Shown: positions 46,944 to 55,238, counted from the stretch's first letter. The stretch: DNA of 64,000 nt from an uncultured Bacteriovoracaceae bacterium (GCA_964572865.1 CAZNGN010000005.1:48104-112103); one strand, 5' to 3'. The notes: generated from the letters alone by a model not told the origin. Translations and numbers: made by a program.

Positions 46944-47143
46944 TCTGATCTTTTTTCCTTATACTTCGTCAGCCTCATAAAAATTCGTCATCGTACTATC
47001 TGTACGTTTCCTCATTTTTATTTCGACTTCCTCGTCTAAGAAAAAAATCTCTAGAAAAAGAAGTGATCCGCAAACTTTATTGGAAGAAAAGGATTGCGAT
47101 GCGGAGGGAGCTGGACGCGAGTTAACATAGTAGCCACCAGACA
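46944..47143 (+). repeat. tRNA-Arg flank element related to the tRNA-Lys flank insert
   Basis: Blocks shared in the same order with 34319-34440: ATACTTCG, CTCAT, CATCGT, TTTTTATTT..CGAC..CTCGT..GAAA. An inverted TTCTTCCAAT core lies at 47079-47090. A degenerate copy of the tRNA-Arg 3' end lies at 47113-47143. Confidence 0.5.
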
Positions 47144-47213
47144 TTAACACATTTATAATGTTTAACAGACGAGTTGAATTGAATAATATTTACTAAAATT
47201 AGGAGTGAAAAAT

Positions 47214-47693
47214 ATGTCAAAAGCATACATTTGTATTTGGTCAGACCAAAGTGCCGATGAGATGGTGAAGTTTTATAAATCTGTATTTAAAGGTGCAAAG
47301 GTTGGTAAGACTGCTTATTGGGGTAAAAATCCAATGGGAGTGAAGAAAGGTTCTGTACTTACTACGCACATTACTATTTTAGGTCAAAAGATTATGCTTC
47401 TGAATGGATTTATGAAAATGCCTTTTAATGAATCAATATCCATAATTGTTCCTTGCAAAAATCAACGAGAAATTGATTACTACTGGAAAAAATTAACATC
47501 TGGCGGGGGCCAGCCAGTAGAATGTGGGTGGCTAATCGACAAATTTGGAGTTCGTTGGCAAATCGCACCTGCTCAATTTGATACATGGAACACATCATTG
47601 AATGAAAAGAAAAAAGAAGCTATGATGCGTGAGATGTGGACAATGAAAAAACTAAATATTAAAAAATTAAAAACTGCATTTAATAACGCATAA
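47214..47693 (+). CDS. VOC-superfamily protein (PhnB / 3-demethylubiquinone-9 methyltransferase-domain type)
   Basis: AGGAG RBS before the ATG at 47214. ICIWSDQSADEMVKFYKSVF...CGWLIDKFGVRWQI is typical of this family. Confidence 0.55.
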   Translation: MSKAYICIWSDQSADEMVKFYKSVFKGAKVGKTAYWGKNPMGVKKGSVLTTHITILGQKIMLLNGFMKMPFNESISIIVPCKNQREIDYYWKKLTSGGGQPVECGWLIDKFGVRWQIAPAQFDTWNTSLNEKKKEAMMREMWTMKKLNIKKLKTAFNNA

Positions 47694-47707
47694 TTTAGGA
47701 GAATATA

Positions 47708-48238
47708 ATGTTTAAAAAAATAAGTTTAGCAATACTAGCAATCATCATAGCTTTTCTTGGATATGTTTCTACACGTGATGGAAAATTTCATTATGAGCGA
47801 AGTGGCGTAATCAATAGTACTCCTGAGAAAATATTTGCATTTATAAGTGATTTCAAATTAGGCAATCAATGGAACCCATATGCAATGAAAGACCCAAATA
47901 TGAAAGTTGCCTTTAAAGGAACCACAGGACAAGTTGGATCAATTATGGAATTTGATGGCAATAAAGAAGCCGGCACTGGTAACTTAGAAATTTTAAAAGT
48001 AGTTCCGAATCAGTCTGTCGAAATTAAGTTAACAATGACCAAGCCAATACATGCAGAAAACAATATTTTATACACATTAACCCCTGAAGGATCAGGTACA
48101 AAGTTCACATGGGCTATGTATGGCGATGGCGGTTTTATGGGAAAACTCATGAACGTGCTTATCGACTGTGAAAAAATGATGACTACAGATTTTGATAAAG
48201 GAATTGCAAATCTCAAAAACGTGATTGAGAAAAAATAA
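47708..48238 (+). CDS. SRPBCC-superfamily protein with an N-terminal anchor
   Basis: 176 aa. One TM followed by a polyketide-cyclase/START-like pattern (SPEKIFAFISDFKLGNQWNP). Confidence 0.5.
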   Translation: MFKKISLAILAIIIAFLGYVSTRDGKFHYERSGVINSTPEKIFAFISDFKLGNQWNPYAMKDPNMKVAFKGTTGQVGSIMEFDGNKEAGTGNLEILKVVPNQSVEIKLTMTKPIHAENNILYTLTPEGSGTKFTWAMYGDGGFMGKLMNVLIDCEKMMTTDFDKGIANLKNVIEKK

Positions 48239-48240
48239 TA

Positions 48241-48669
48241 ATGAGTAAATTGAAAATTTTAATTTTATCTTTTATTTTAATTACTTCATTCGCTCACGCC
48301 GATAACAAACAAGTAGTGAGAAGTTTTTATGAAACTGCATTTATAAAGCATAAACCTGCTGATGCTATGAAGAACTTTGTAGGTAGCCAATACATTCAAC
48401 ACAATCCTCATGTTCAGAATGGACCAGAACCGTTTATTAGCTATTTCACTGAGTTTTTTAAAAAAAATCCAAATGCAACCACTGAAATAAAGCGAATGAT
48501 TGCTGAAGATAATTATGTAGTTGTTCACGCACATTCAAAAGCAAATCCAAACGACAGAGGTTATGCTGCTATCGATATTTTTAGATTAGAAAACGGTAAA
48601 ATTGTAGAGCACTGGGATTCGGTTCAACCTGTTCCTGAAAAGTCAGCCAATTCAAATACAATGTTTTAA
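48241..48669 (+). CDS. SnoaL-like (NTF2 fold) secreted protein
   Basis: 142 aa. Signal peptide, YIQHNPHV...VVVHAHS...DIFRLENGKIVEHWD. Confidence 0.55.
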   Translation: MSKLKILILSFILITSFAHADNKQVVRSFYETAFIKHKPADAMKNFVGSQYIQHNPHVQNGPEPFISYFTEFFKKNPNATTEIKRMIAEDNYVVVHAHSKANPNDRGYAAIDIFRLENGKIVEHWDSVQPVPEKSANSNTMF

Positions 48670-48689
48670 AACGCATTTAAATCAAGTGT

Positions 48690-48765
48690 TTATCTATAAC
48701 TTATTAGATAAATTGAATTATATTGCATATTTTTATTATTTCCATTATTCTAGAAATATGGAAAT
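48690..48765 (+). promoter_or_regulatory. Two inverted repeats upstream of or overlapping the ArsR start (candidate operators)
   Basis: TTATCTA-N8-TAGATAA (48690-48711) and ATTTCCAT-N12-ATGGAAAT (48738-48765). The second overlaps the ATG at 48758. Confidence 0.4.
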
Positions 48766-49057
48766 GTTTAACATACTAGAAGCCTTCTCATCACTTTCTC
48801 AAGAAACACGATTGCGTGTTTTTAAACTTCTCATTGAATATGGTTCAGATGGACTTGTACCAGGTAAAATTGCCGCTAAATTAAAACTTCCAGACAATAC
48901 TCTATCATTCCATTTATCTCATATGAGTCGGGCAAATCTAGTACATTCAAAAAGATCAGGTCGTTCGATATCGTATTTCGCAAATACAGATTTAATAGAA
49001 ACCATCATTGATTATCTTCAAGAGAACTGCTGTTCAAAATCAAAAAGGAGATGCTAA
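48758..49057 (+). CDS. arsR: ArsR/SmtB-family metalloregulator
   Basis: ALSQETRLRVFKLL...LSFHLSHMSRANLVHSKRSGRSISY winged HTH. C-terminal CC. Start taken at the ATG at 48758 (the track ORF starts at a GTG, 48686). Confidence 0.75.
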   Translation: MEMFNILEAFSSLSQETRLRVFKLLIEYGSDGLVPGKIAAKLKLPDNTLSFHLSHMSRANLVHSKRSGRSISYFANTDLIETIIDYLQENCCSKSKRRC

Positions 49058-49058
49058 T

Positions 49059-49496
49059 ATGAAACGTTTTCACATACACATTGGAGTTAAGGACCTAGAA
49101 AAGTCAGTTCAATTCTATTCCACTTTATTTGGTCAAAAGCCAGTTAAATTAAAAACAGATTATGCAAAATGGCTTTTAGATGATCCTCAATTGAACTTTG
49201 CAATTTCAACTCACAGTAATGAAAATGGTGTAAACCACCTGGGTTTTCAAGTTGAAAACAATGAAGAGCTCAGTGAAATTACAGAACGTCTCAAAAATGC
49301 TGACCTAAGCGTTTACGATGAAGGTGAAACAACCTGTTGTTATTCTAAATCGAATAAAGCTTGGGTAGCCGATCCGTCAGGTGTGCCTTGGGAAACTTAT
49401 CAAAACATGGCCGACGTTGAAGTTTATAAAGAAGAAAAAGAATCAAAGTCTGATTGTTGTGTTCCCAGTTTAGATGAAAATAAAAGTTGTTGTTAG
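49059..49496 (+). CDS. ArsI/CadI-type VOC protein (candidate C-As lyase or metal-binding glyoxalase-fold protein)
   Basis: AAGGAG RBS. MKRFHIHIGVKDLEKSVQFYSTLFG...NHLGFQVE...ETTCCYSKSNKAWVADPSG.PWETY with the vicinal Cys pair. Cys-rich C-terminus. Confidence 0.65.
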   Translation: MKRFHIHIGVKDLEKSVQFYSTLFGQKPVKLKTDYAKWLLDDPQLNFAISTHSNENGVNHLGFQVENNEELSEITERLKNADLSVYDEGETTCCYSKSNKAWVADPSGVPWETYQNMADVEVYKEEKESKSDCCVPSLDENKSCC

Positions 49497-49514
49497 TTTT
49501 TAAAAATAATTAAT

Positions 49515-50321
49515 TTACGCTGTCTTTTGTTCAGCGGCTAAATCGATTTTTTTAGCAGGAACTCCAGCCCAAGTTTCGCCCGCTGGAATGACTGTTTTTG
49601 GAAGAACCACAGAATTTGGAAGCACTTTTGCATTTTCGCCAATTGTAACTCCACCCATGATGATGGCTCTCAAACCAATCACTGCTCCGTCACCAATTTT
49701 TACGGGTGCAATGATGAGAAAACCTGACATTCCATAATGCGCGCAAATAGTTGCTGATCCGCCGATCGTAACTTTCTTTCCAAGTTCAATGAGTGATGGA
49801 TCTGTGATGTGTGAAGAATTAATTTGTGTTCCACGCCCTACTTTCATTCCCATTAATTGATAAAATATAATATTAAACGGAGTGGGCGTTAAAAATTCTA
49901 GAAATGTATATCGCATTAAATAAGTCATACTGTTGTGAATGTACCAATTTACAGTTCCAAGTGAATAGTAGGTTCCACGCCATGGTTTTAAATTTGCTCG
50001 CATAATGAAATTTAAAGTGGGAAGAATTATCAAAAGTGAAAATCCGTAAAGAAAGTAACCTGATCCAATCGAAACTCCCATGGCTCCATAACGAAAAACA
50101 GTTCCTGAATTATGTGTGTTCTCGTGAACCCAATTGAATAGTGCTATTCCTGGCATCAGAGCAATTCCTGCAGAAAAACTTGCAAATGCGTACATTGGAA
50201 TTAACAAAATTGCATGTGCAACTGTGCTCAATTTTCGAAGTATGGTTTCAAATAAGCCTGCAACGCCCTTTTCTTTTGAGCCTTGAGGTTCAACGTTAAA
50301 ACGCTTTTTCTTCTTTTCCAT
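49515..50321 (-). CDS. Membrane-anchored hexapeptide-repeat (left-handed beta-helix) acyltransferase-like protein
   Basis: About 4 TM segments, then a C-terminal LbH IGGSATICAHYGMSG...IGDGAVIGLRAIIMGGVTIGENAKVLPNSVV. Start at the ATG at 50321 is likelier than the TTG at 50339. Confidence 0.6.
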   Translation of the reverse strand: MEKKKKRFNVEPQGSKEKGVAGLFETILRKLSTVAHAILLIPMYAFASFSAGIALMPGIALFNWVHENTHNSGTVFRYGAMGVSIGSGYFLYGFSLLIILPTLNFIMRANLKPWRGTYYSLGTVNWYIHNSMTYLMRYTFLEFLTPTPFNIIFYQLMGMKVGRGTQINSSHITDPSLIELGKKVTIGGSATICAHYGMSGFLIIAPVKIGDGAVIGLRAIIMGGVTIGENAKVLPNSVVLPKTVIPAGETWAGVPAKKIDLAAEQKTA

Positions 50322-50439
50322 ACTAACTTTTCGGTACAATGCATTAAGTACTTAATATAGATCGGCGAAATAAACCTGTGTGGTGAGGACACAGCAATTC
50401 ATCCTAATTCGTTATATTGATATAGATCGCTTTCATATC

Positions 50440-50455
50440 AGGCACTGGATTTGCT
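50440..50455 (+). promoter_or_regulatory. Sigma-54 (-24/-12) promoter candidate
   Basis: AGGCAC-TGGAT-TTGCT with exact GG/GC spacing. Lies 27 nt upstream of the ATG at 50482. Confidence 0.55.
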
Positions 50456-50481
50456 CTATAAATAAGCGAGGATGTGGTGTT

Positions 50482-50610
50482 ATGAGAAGACTCTCAATTA
50501 TAGTTATAATTTTAACATTTGTAATTTTTAGTAGTGCTTGTGGAAAAAAGAAAAACGACTCAGATGACGGCTCAGCCACAGGTCACTTAAAAGTATTGGG
50601 GGTAAATTAA
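50482..50610 (+). CDS. Small lipoprotein
   Basis: 42 aa: MRRLSIIVIILTFVIFSSACGKKKND... with lipobox FSSAC. The track ORF starts at an upstream GTG (50380), which is unlikely. Confidence 0.45.
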   Translation: MRRLSIIVIILTFVIFSSACGKKKNDSDDGSATGHLKVLGVN

Positions 50611-50611
50611 T

Positions 50612-51574
50612 ATGTTACGCCCACTTTTGTTTGCATGGTTTATAATTAACTTAATCATTTTAAAATCTATTTTTGCAGCTCAAAGTTTTACTCCCATAAG
50701 CATTCGAGTTCCATTAAGAGGTGTTTTTATTTCAAATGATAACAACATGAATACTAGTGGCTTTAGAGATTGCACTCCTTCTGCAAATGATGATTGTATG
50801 ATCGATGTAGTGGATCCTAAAAAATTACAAGAAGCATTCAATGTTACATCATCTATTAAACCTGGTACTTATAAATATCTCACAGTGCAAACTTGTAAAA
50901 TGGAAGGAACATATCAGGCGAAAGTCAAAGGGATCGTAACTTTGAATAATGTTACTTATTATACAAGCTCAGGTGATGATCCGCTTTCAACAAATGAATC
51001 AGATTTAGATTACGTCACACTTACTTATAGCGGTTGCCAACGAAATTACGATCTTCCTCAAGAGGTAACTGTTTCTAATGGTGGAACGCTAGATGTGAGC
51101 TTGTTTATTCCAGTAAAAAATATTGCTTGGGCTGATTTAGGACCTAACCCGATTCCATCTGGATGCAAACATAATCAAGCAAATACAATGAGCGTATGTA
51201 TGGCGTATCCTGATGTAACTCCTTATGTTGGAGATATTACTCCTAGATTAGAAAGTTATTCTATTTATAATCCAATGAACGCACCCGATACTGCGAGTGG
51301 AAATATATTATTGATGTTTGATTATAACGATCAAATAATTGGCGGAACTACACGACGTTTATATCTACCTACTTCATTGAATGATTTTAACTTCGACACT
51401 CCCCTTCGCATAATGAATAAAAACGAAGATGGTAGTTACCATATTGAAAACTTCGGCGGCTCTGGAAGTACAAGTGGAAGTATTTTTTATAACTTTATAA
51501 GAGCTAACCATACAGGTCAATTTTATGACTCCTTTGGAACTGCATTTGATTATGGCGCTTCAATAGAAAATTAA
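50612..51574 (+). CDS. Hypothetical secreted protein
   Basis: 320 aa. Signal peptide LLFAWFIINLIILKSIFAA. Starts 1 nt after the lipoprotein stop. No recognised domain. Confidence 0.5.
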   Translation: MLRPLLFAWFIINLIILKSIFAAQSFTPISIRVPLRGVFISNDNNMNTSGFRDCTPSANDDCMIDVVDPKKLQEAFNVTSSIKPGTYKYLTVQTCKMEGTYQAKVKGIVTLNNVTYYTSSGDDPLSTNESDLDYVTLTYSGCQRNYDLPQEVTVSNGGTLDVSLFIPVKNIAWADLGPNPIPSGCKHNQANTMSVCMAYPDVTPYVGDITPRLESYSIYNPMNAPDTASGNILLMFDYNDQIIGGTTRRLYLPTSLNDFNFDTPLRIMNKNEDGSYHIENFGGSGSTSGSIFYNFIRANHTGQFYDSFGTAFDYGASIEN

Positions 51575-51676
51575 ATTATTTTACGACAATTTGTCTCAAG
51601 TTAATACTGTGAATCAATATTTTGGTGCTTCACCATAAGATATAAGTTATTCTAACATTATTAACTAAAGACTATT

Positions 51677-53443
51677 ATGAACGAATGCGATCCAAAAGAA
51701 ATATCATTAAAAAGTTTTTTTCTTGGTCCTCAATCTGAGAACGCAAGTTTATTTCAATTACTTGTATCTGATATTTTAAATGATTGGTTTCAGTGGAGAA
51801 AATCTCTTTACTCTAAAGATGGAATTTCAATATCAAGGTCTGATCAGTTAAATTTAGAATTTGTTAAAAAACAAAATAAAATGAGAGAAAAACTATTTCA
51901 GGTTTTAGAAATGTTTTCTGAAGAAATACCAAACCACTCGCCACGATATATGGCACATATGTTTTCTGAAACTTCTATACCTGCGCTGCTAGGACATTTA
52001 GTTACTCTACTTCATAATCCTAATAATATAACTGGTGAAACCTCTAAGGCAGGCGCACTGATTGAAGAAAAAGCAATTCAAGAGCTTTCACAAATGGTTG
52101 GATTTAATGCAGAAAATTCTTTCGGACATTTTACTTCTGGCGGAACGATTGCCAACACAGAAGCAATTTTACGTGCACGCAACAGATACTATCATTGGCT
52201 TGCGGTAGCGGCAGCATCTCAAGATCATCAAATTGAGTTATTTGATTTTCATTCAATCTCATTTTTAGGTTGGGATCGATATGAGACTTTATTAGAAAAA
52301 TGCAAGAAGAAGAACATTTCGATTGAATCATATCATTTACTTTTTGGTGATTACTTTAATGTTGTCAAAAATTATGAGAAAATATTTAAAATTAATTATA
52401 AACATCCCCTTATTATTGTTCCTGGACATCGACATTATTCTTGGACAAAAGGTGCCTCCCTAATTGGTCTTTCAAACGATTCGGTTTGGGAAATTGAACT
52501 AGATCGAAATGGGCATGCAAAAGTAAATCATTTAAAAGAATTATTAAATAAATCGAAATCTGAAAATCGAAATATTTTGATGGTGGTTGCAGTTGCTGGC
52601 ACAACTGAAATGGGCGCAATCGATCCGATCGCAAATATTTTTAAAACAATTTGCGAATTTGAAAACTCAAACTCTCCTCAAACTTGGTTTCACATAGATG
52701 CAGCTTATGGTGGATATTTTTGCACAGTTGATTTTTTGAACTGTCATAAAAGAGGAGCAGAAATCAAAAAAGATTTAAATACAATTGCGAGCGCTACCTC
52801 TTTAACTGTTGACGCTCATAAACTAGGTTACGTACCTTATTCATCTGGCAGCATTTTAGTTCAAAATTTAAAAAACTATACCGTTGGCAAGCTCGACGCC
52901 CCTTACCTACGATTTAGTTCACATAAAGATAAGGGCGGTGTGACCATCGAAGGCTCACGTTCAGCAGCAGGGGCTGTGGCTACCTATTTATCGGCAATGA
53001 CGATCGGAATGGATGAAGATGGTTATGGATTAATACTTTCACGAACAATCTTAATGGCACAAAAGCTTGCACGTAACCTATATTTGGCTAATCCATCGAT
53101 ACGAGTATTAGAATCTACTGATTCAAATATTGTGTGCTTTTCGATTGCAAAAGAACGTGAGTCATTAAGTGTTTCAAATCAAAAAACGTTAAAAGTGATT
53201 GAACGTTTTAGTAGTCATTTCAAAATGCCTGACTATATTGTCTCTAGAACTACAGTTAAAACGAATGTATATTCAGAATTAATACACAATCATGTTGAAA
53301 AATGGCACGGAACCATTGACTCAGATGAATTGATATTAATTCGCATGACCATTATGAATCCGTTTATCGAAACCTCTACTTCAAACATCGATTATATCGA
53401 AGATTTCATTTCGACATTAAACGAATTCATTCAAACTAAATAA
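51677..53443 (+). CDS. PLP-dependent group II amino-acid decarboxylase-like protein
   Basis: 588 aa. HFTSGGTIANTEAILRARN, HIDAAYGGYF and a PLP-lysine context SLTVDAHKLGYVPYSSG. Confidence 0.75.
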   Translation: MNECDPKEISLKSFFLGPQSENASLFQLLVSDILNDWFQWRKSLYSKDGISISRSDQLNLEFVKKQNKMREKLFQVLEMFSEEIPNHSPRYMAHMFSETSIPALLGHLVTLLHNPNNITGETSKAGALIEEKAIQELSQMVGFNAENSFGHFTSGGTIANTEAILRARNRYYHWLAVAAASQDHQIELFDFHSISFLGWDRYETLLEKCKKKNISIESYHLLFGDYFNVVKNYEKIFKINYKHPLIIVPGHRHYSWTKGASLIGLSNDSVWEIELDRNGHAKVNHLKELLNKSKSENRNILMVVAVAGTTEMGAIDPIANIFKTICEFENSNSPQTWFHIDAAYGGYFCTVDFLNCHKRGAEIKKDLNTIASATSLTVDAHKLGYVPYSSGSILVQNLKNYTVGKLDAPYLRFSSHKDKGGVTIEGSRSAAGAVATYLSAMTIGMDEDGYGLILSRTILMAQKLARNLYLANPSIRVLESTDSNIVCFSIAKERESLSVSNQKTLKVIERFSSHFKMPDYIVSRTTVKTNVYSELIHNHVEKWHGTIDSDELILIRMTIMNPFIETSTSNIDYIEDFISTLNEFIQTK

Positions 53444-53486
53444 TAGAAACAGTTGATTTTTATTCGAACTTCGCTATCGTTTTCAA

Positions 53487-55238
53487 ATGGCCAATCACTA
53501 CGATTTATTTCCTAAAAAATTAACAAATTCGAAATATGATACAAACTCACCTGAAAGTTTACTCATTCAGTTTTTTAAAAACAAAACACCAGATATTTTA
53601 CAAAAAGAAGATAAATCTGAAGAATTTTATACTGATTTTGAACAGTATGTAAATAAAACCAAACTGTATGCTGATTTGTTAACTCCACGAGAATTTAGTA
53701 AAAATGGTGGATGCTTTGACATTAAATCAATTTGTAAATTCATGGAACTTTTTGCATATCTCTCACCATCTCATGCTTATAGTTTACAAGTTACCTTTTT
53801 AGGAATTTTTCCGTTTTTAATGAGTAAGAATGCTTACATCAAAAAAGAAGCAGTCCAAACCTTACAAAAAGGAAAACTTTTTGCATTTGGCCTTTCTGAA
53901 AAAGACCATGGATCTGATATCTATTCTTCTGAAACCAAAGTACAAAAAGATGCAAGTGGTGCACTTAAAGCTTCAGGCAAAAAATATTATATTGGCAATT
54001 CAAATTGCGCTGACTTGATTTCAGTTCTTGCTGTAAACGAAAAACAAAGTTCGATGCAACAATCCGACTTAAAAAACGAGTTTATGTTCTTTGCCCTCAG
54101 ACCCAAAGAAACTTCTGCATTTCAAAATGTAAAAAAAATTCGTACATTGGGGGTAAAAACAGCTTTTGTTGGCGAATTCGAAATTAAAGATCATGTTTTT
54201 ACTGAAAACGATATCATATCTAAAGAAAAAAATGCATGGAATGCTATTTTCGGTACTGTAAATTTAGGAAAATTTTATTTAGGTTTTGGTTCAATTGGTA
54301 TCTGTGAGCATGCATTTCAAGAAGCTTACACTCATGTTAAAAATAGAATTCTATATGGAAATTCTGTCTTTAGTATGCCTCACATTCAAAAAGCTGTAAT
54401 TCATTCTTTTGTTAAAATACTGGGAATGAAACTATTTTCATATCGCGCTGCTGACTATCTAAGCATTGCTTCGCCAAATGATAAACGTTATTTACTTTTT
54501 AATTCAGTCCAAAAAGCAAAAGTGAGTACCAACGGAGTACAGGTGATTCAACAACTCTCTGAATGCATGGGAGCAAAAGGGTTTGAATCAACAACTCATT
54601 TTGAAACTGCATTACGAGACATTATTTTAATTCCTGGTCTAGAAGGATCTACACATATAAATTATGGGATCATTGCTTCATTTTTGAAAAATTATTTTTT
54701 TAAAAACGGATATTGTAAAAATCCAAGTAGAATCGATGATAAAATTGAAAATGATTATTTATTTAATGCAGAAGCAGGTGGTACAAAAGACGTTATTTTT
54801 TCAAAATATACAGAAAGTTTCGAAAAACTATTACATATTGAAAATGTTTCTATTTTTGTAAAACAAATTCGATCATTTAAAAATTACTTACTCATTTCAA
54901 ATTTTACTGAAAAATTTAATAGTAAAAAAAGCAAAAAGCTAGATAATGCGGCGTACTATATACAGTTAGGTAAAATGTTAAGTACCATTGTATACGGTCA
55001 ATTGATTGCGGAATCAGTAATACATGAAGATATTAATGAAAAATTAATCAATTTAATATTTGAACAATTGATTGAAGAGTTAAATTTAAATGTTACACAA
55101 TTATTTTCAAATTTTTCAGATCAAATGAAGTTTAAAACTCTATTAAAACGTTCTGCAAAACAAATCATTCAAGCTTCTGATTCTGTAGTGTTTGATAGTT
55201 CTGAAATAGTTAAAATAATTGATAAAAACTTCAACTGA
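53487..55238 (+). CDS. Acyl-CoA dehydrogenase-fold flavoprotein with a ~180-aa C-terminal extension
   Basis: 583 aa. FGLSEKDHGSDIYSSET (compare LTEPxAGSD), KKYYIGNS, and GLEGSTHINYGIIA (YEGT-like position that keeps the Glu). Confidence 0.65.
   Translation: MANHYDLFPKKLTNSKYDTNSPESLLIQFFKNKTPDILQKEDKSEEFYTDFEQYVNKTKLYADLLTPREFSKNGGCFDIKSICKFMELFAYLSPSHAYSLQVTFLGIFPFLMSKNAYIKKEAVQTLQKGKLFAFGLSEKDHGSDIYSSETKVQKDASGALKASGKKYYIGNSNCADLISVLAVNEKQSSMQQSDLKNEFMFFALRPKETSAFQNVKKIRTLGVKTAFVGEFEIKDHVFTENDIISKEKNAWNAIFGTVNLGKFYLGFGSIGICEHAFQEAYTHVKNRILYGNSVFSMPHIQKAVIHSFVKILGMKLFSYRAADYLSIASPNDKRYLLFNSVQKAKVSTNGVQVIQQLSECMGAKGFESTTHFETALRDIILIPGLEGSTHINYGIIASFLKNYFFKNGYCKNPSRIDDKIENDYLFNAEAGGTKDVIFSKYTESFEKLLHIENVSIFVKQIRSFKNYLLISNFTEKFNSKKSKKLDNAAYYIQLGKMLSTIVYGQLIAESVIHEDINEKLINLIFEQLIEELNLNVTQLFSNFSDQMKFKTLLKRSAKQIIQASDSVVFDSSEIVKIIDKNFN

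Noticed and set aside
46959-47150. 63-aa minus-strand ORF downstream of tRNA-Arg.
   Set aside because: It lies entirely inside the repeat-like flank element and has no RBS. Its resemblance to the antisense ORFs at the tRNA-Lys flank is nucleotide-level repeat similarity in different frames.
50482-51574. The 42-aa lipoprotein and the 320-aa protein considered as one gene split by a nonsense or frameshift mutation (pseudogene).
   Set aside because: The downstream ORF has its own ATG, RBS-like GGGGG and a complete signal peptide. The upstream ORF has a complete lipobox. Two signal sequences in tandem argue for two genes.
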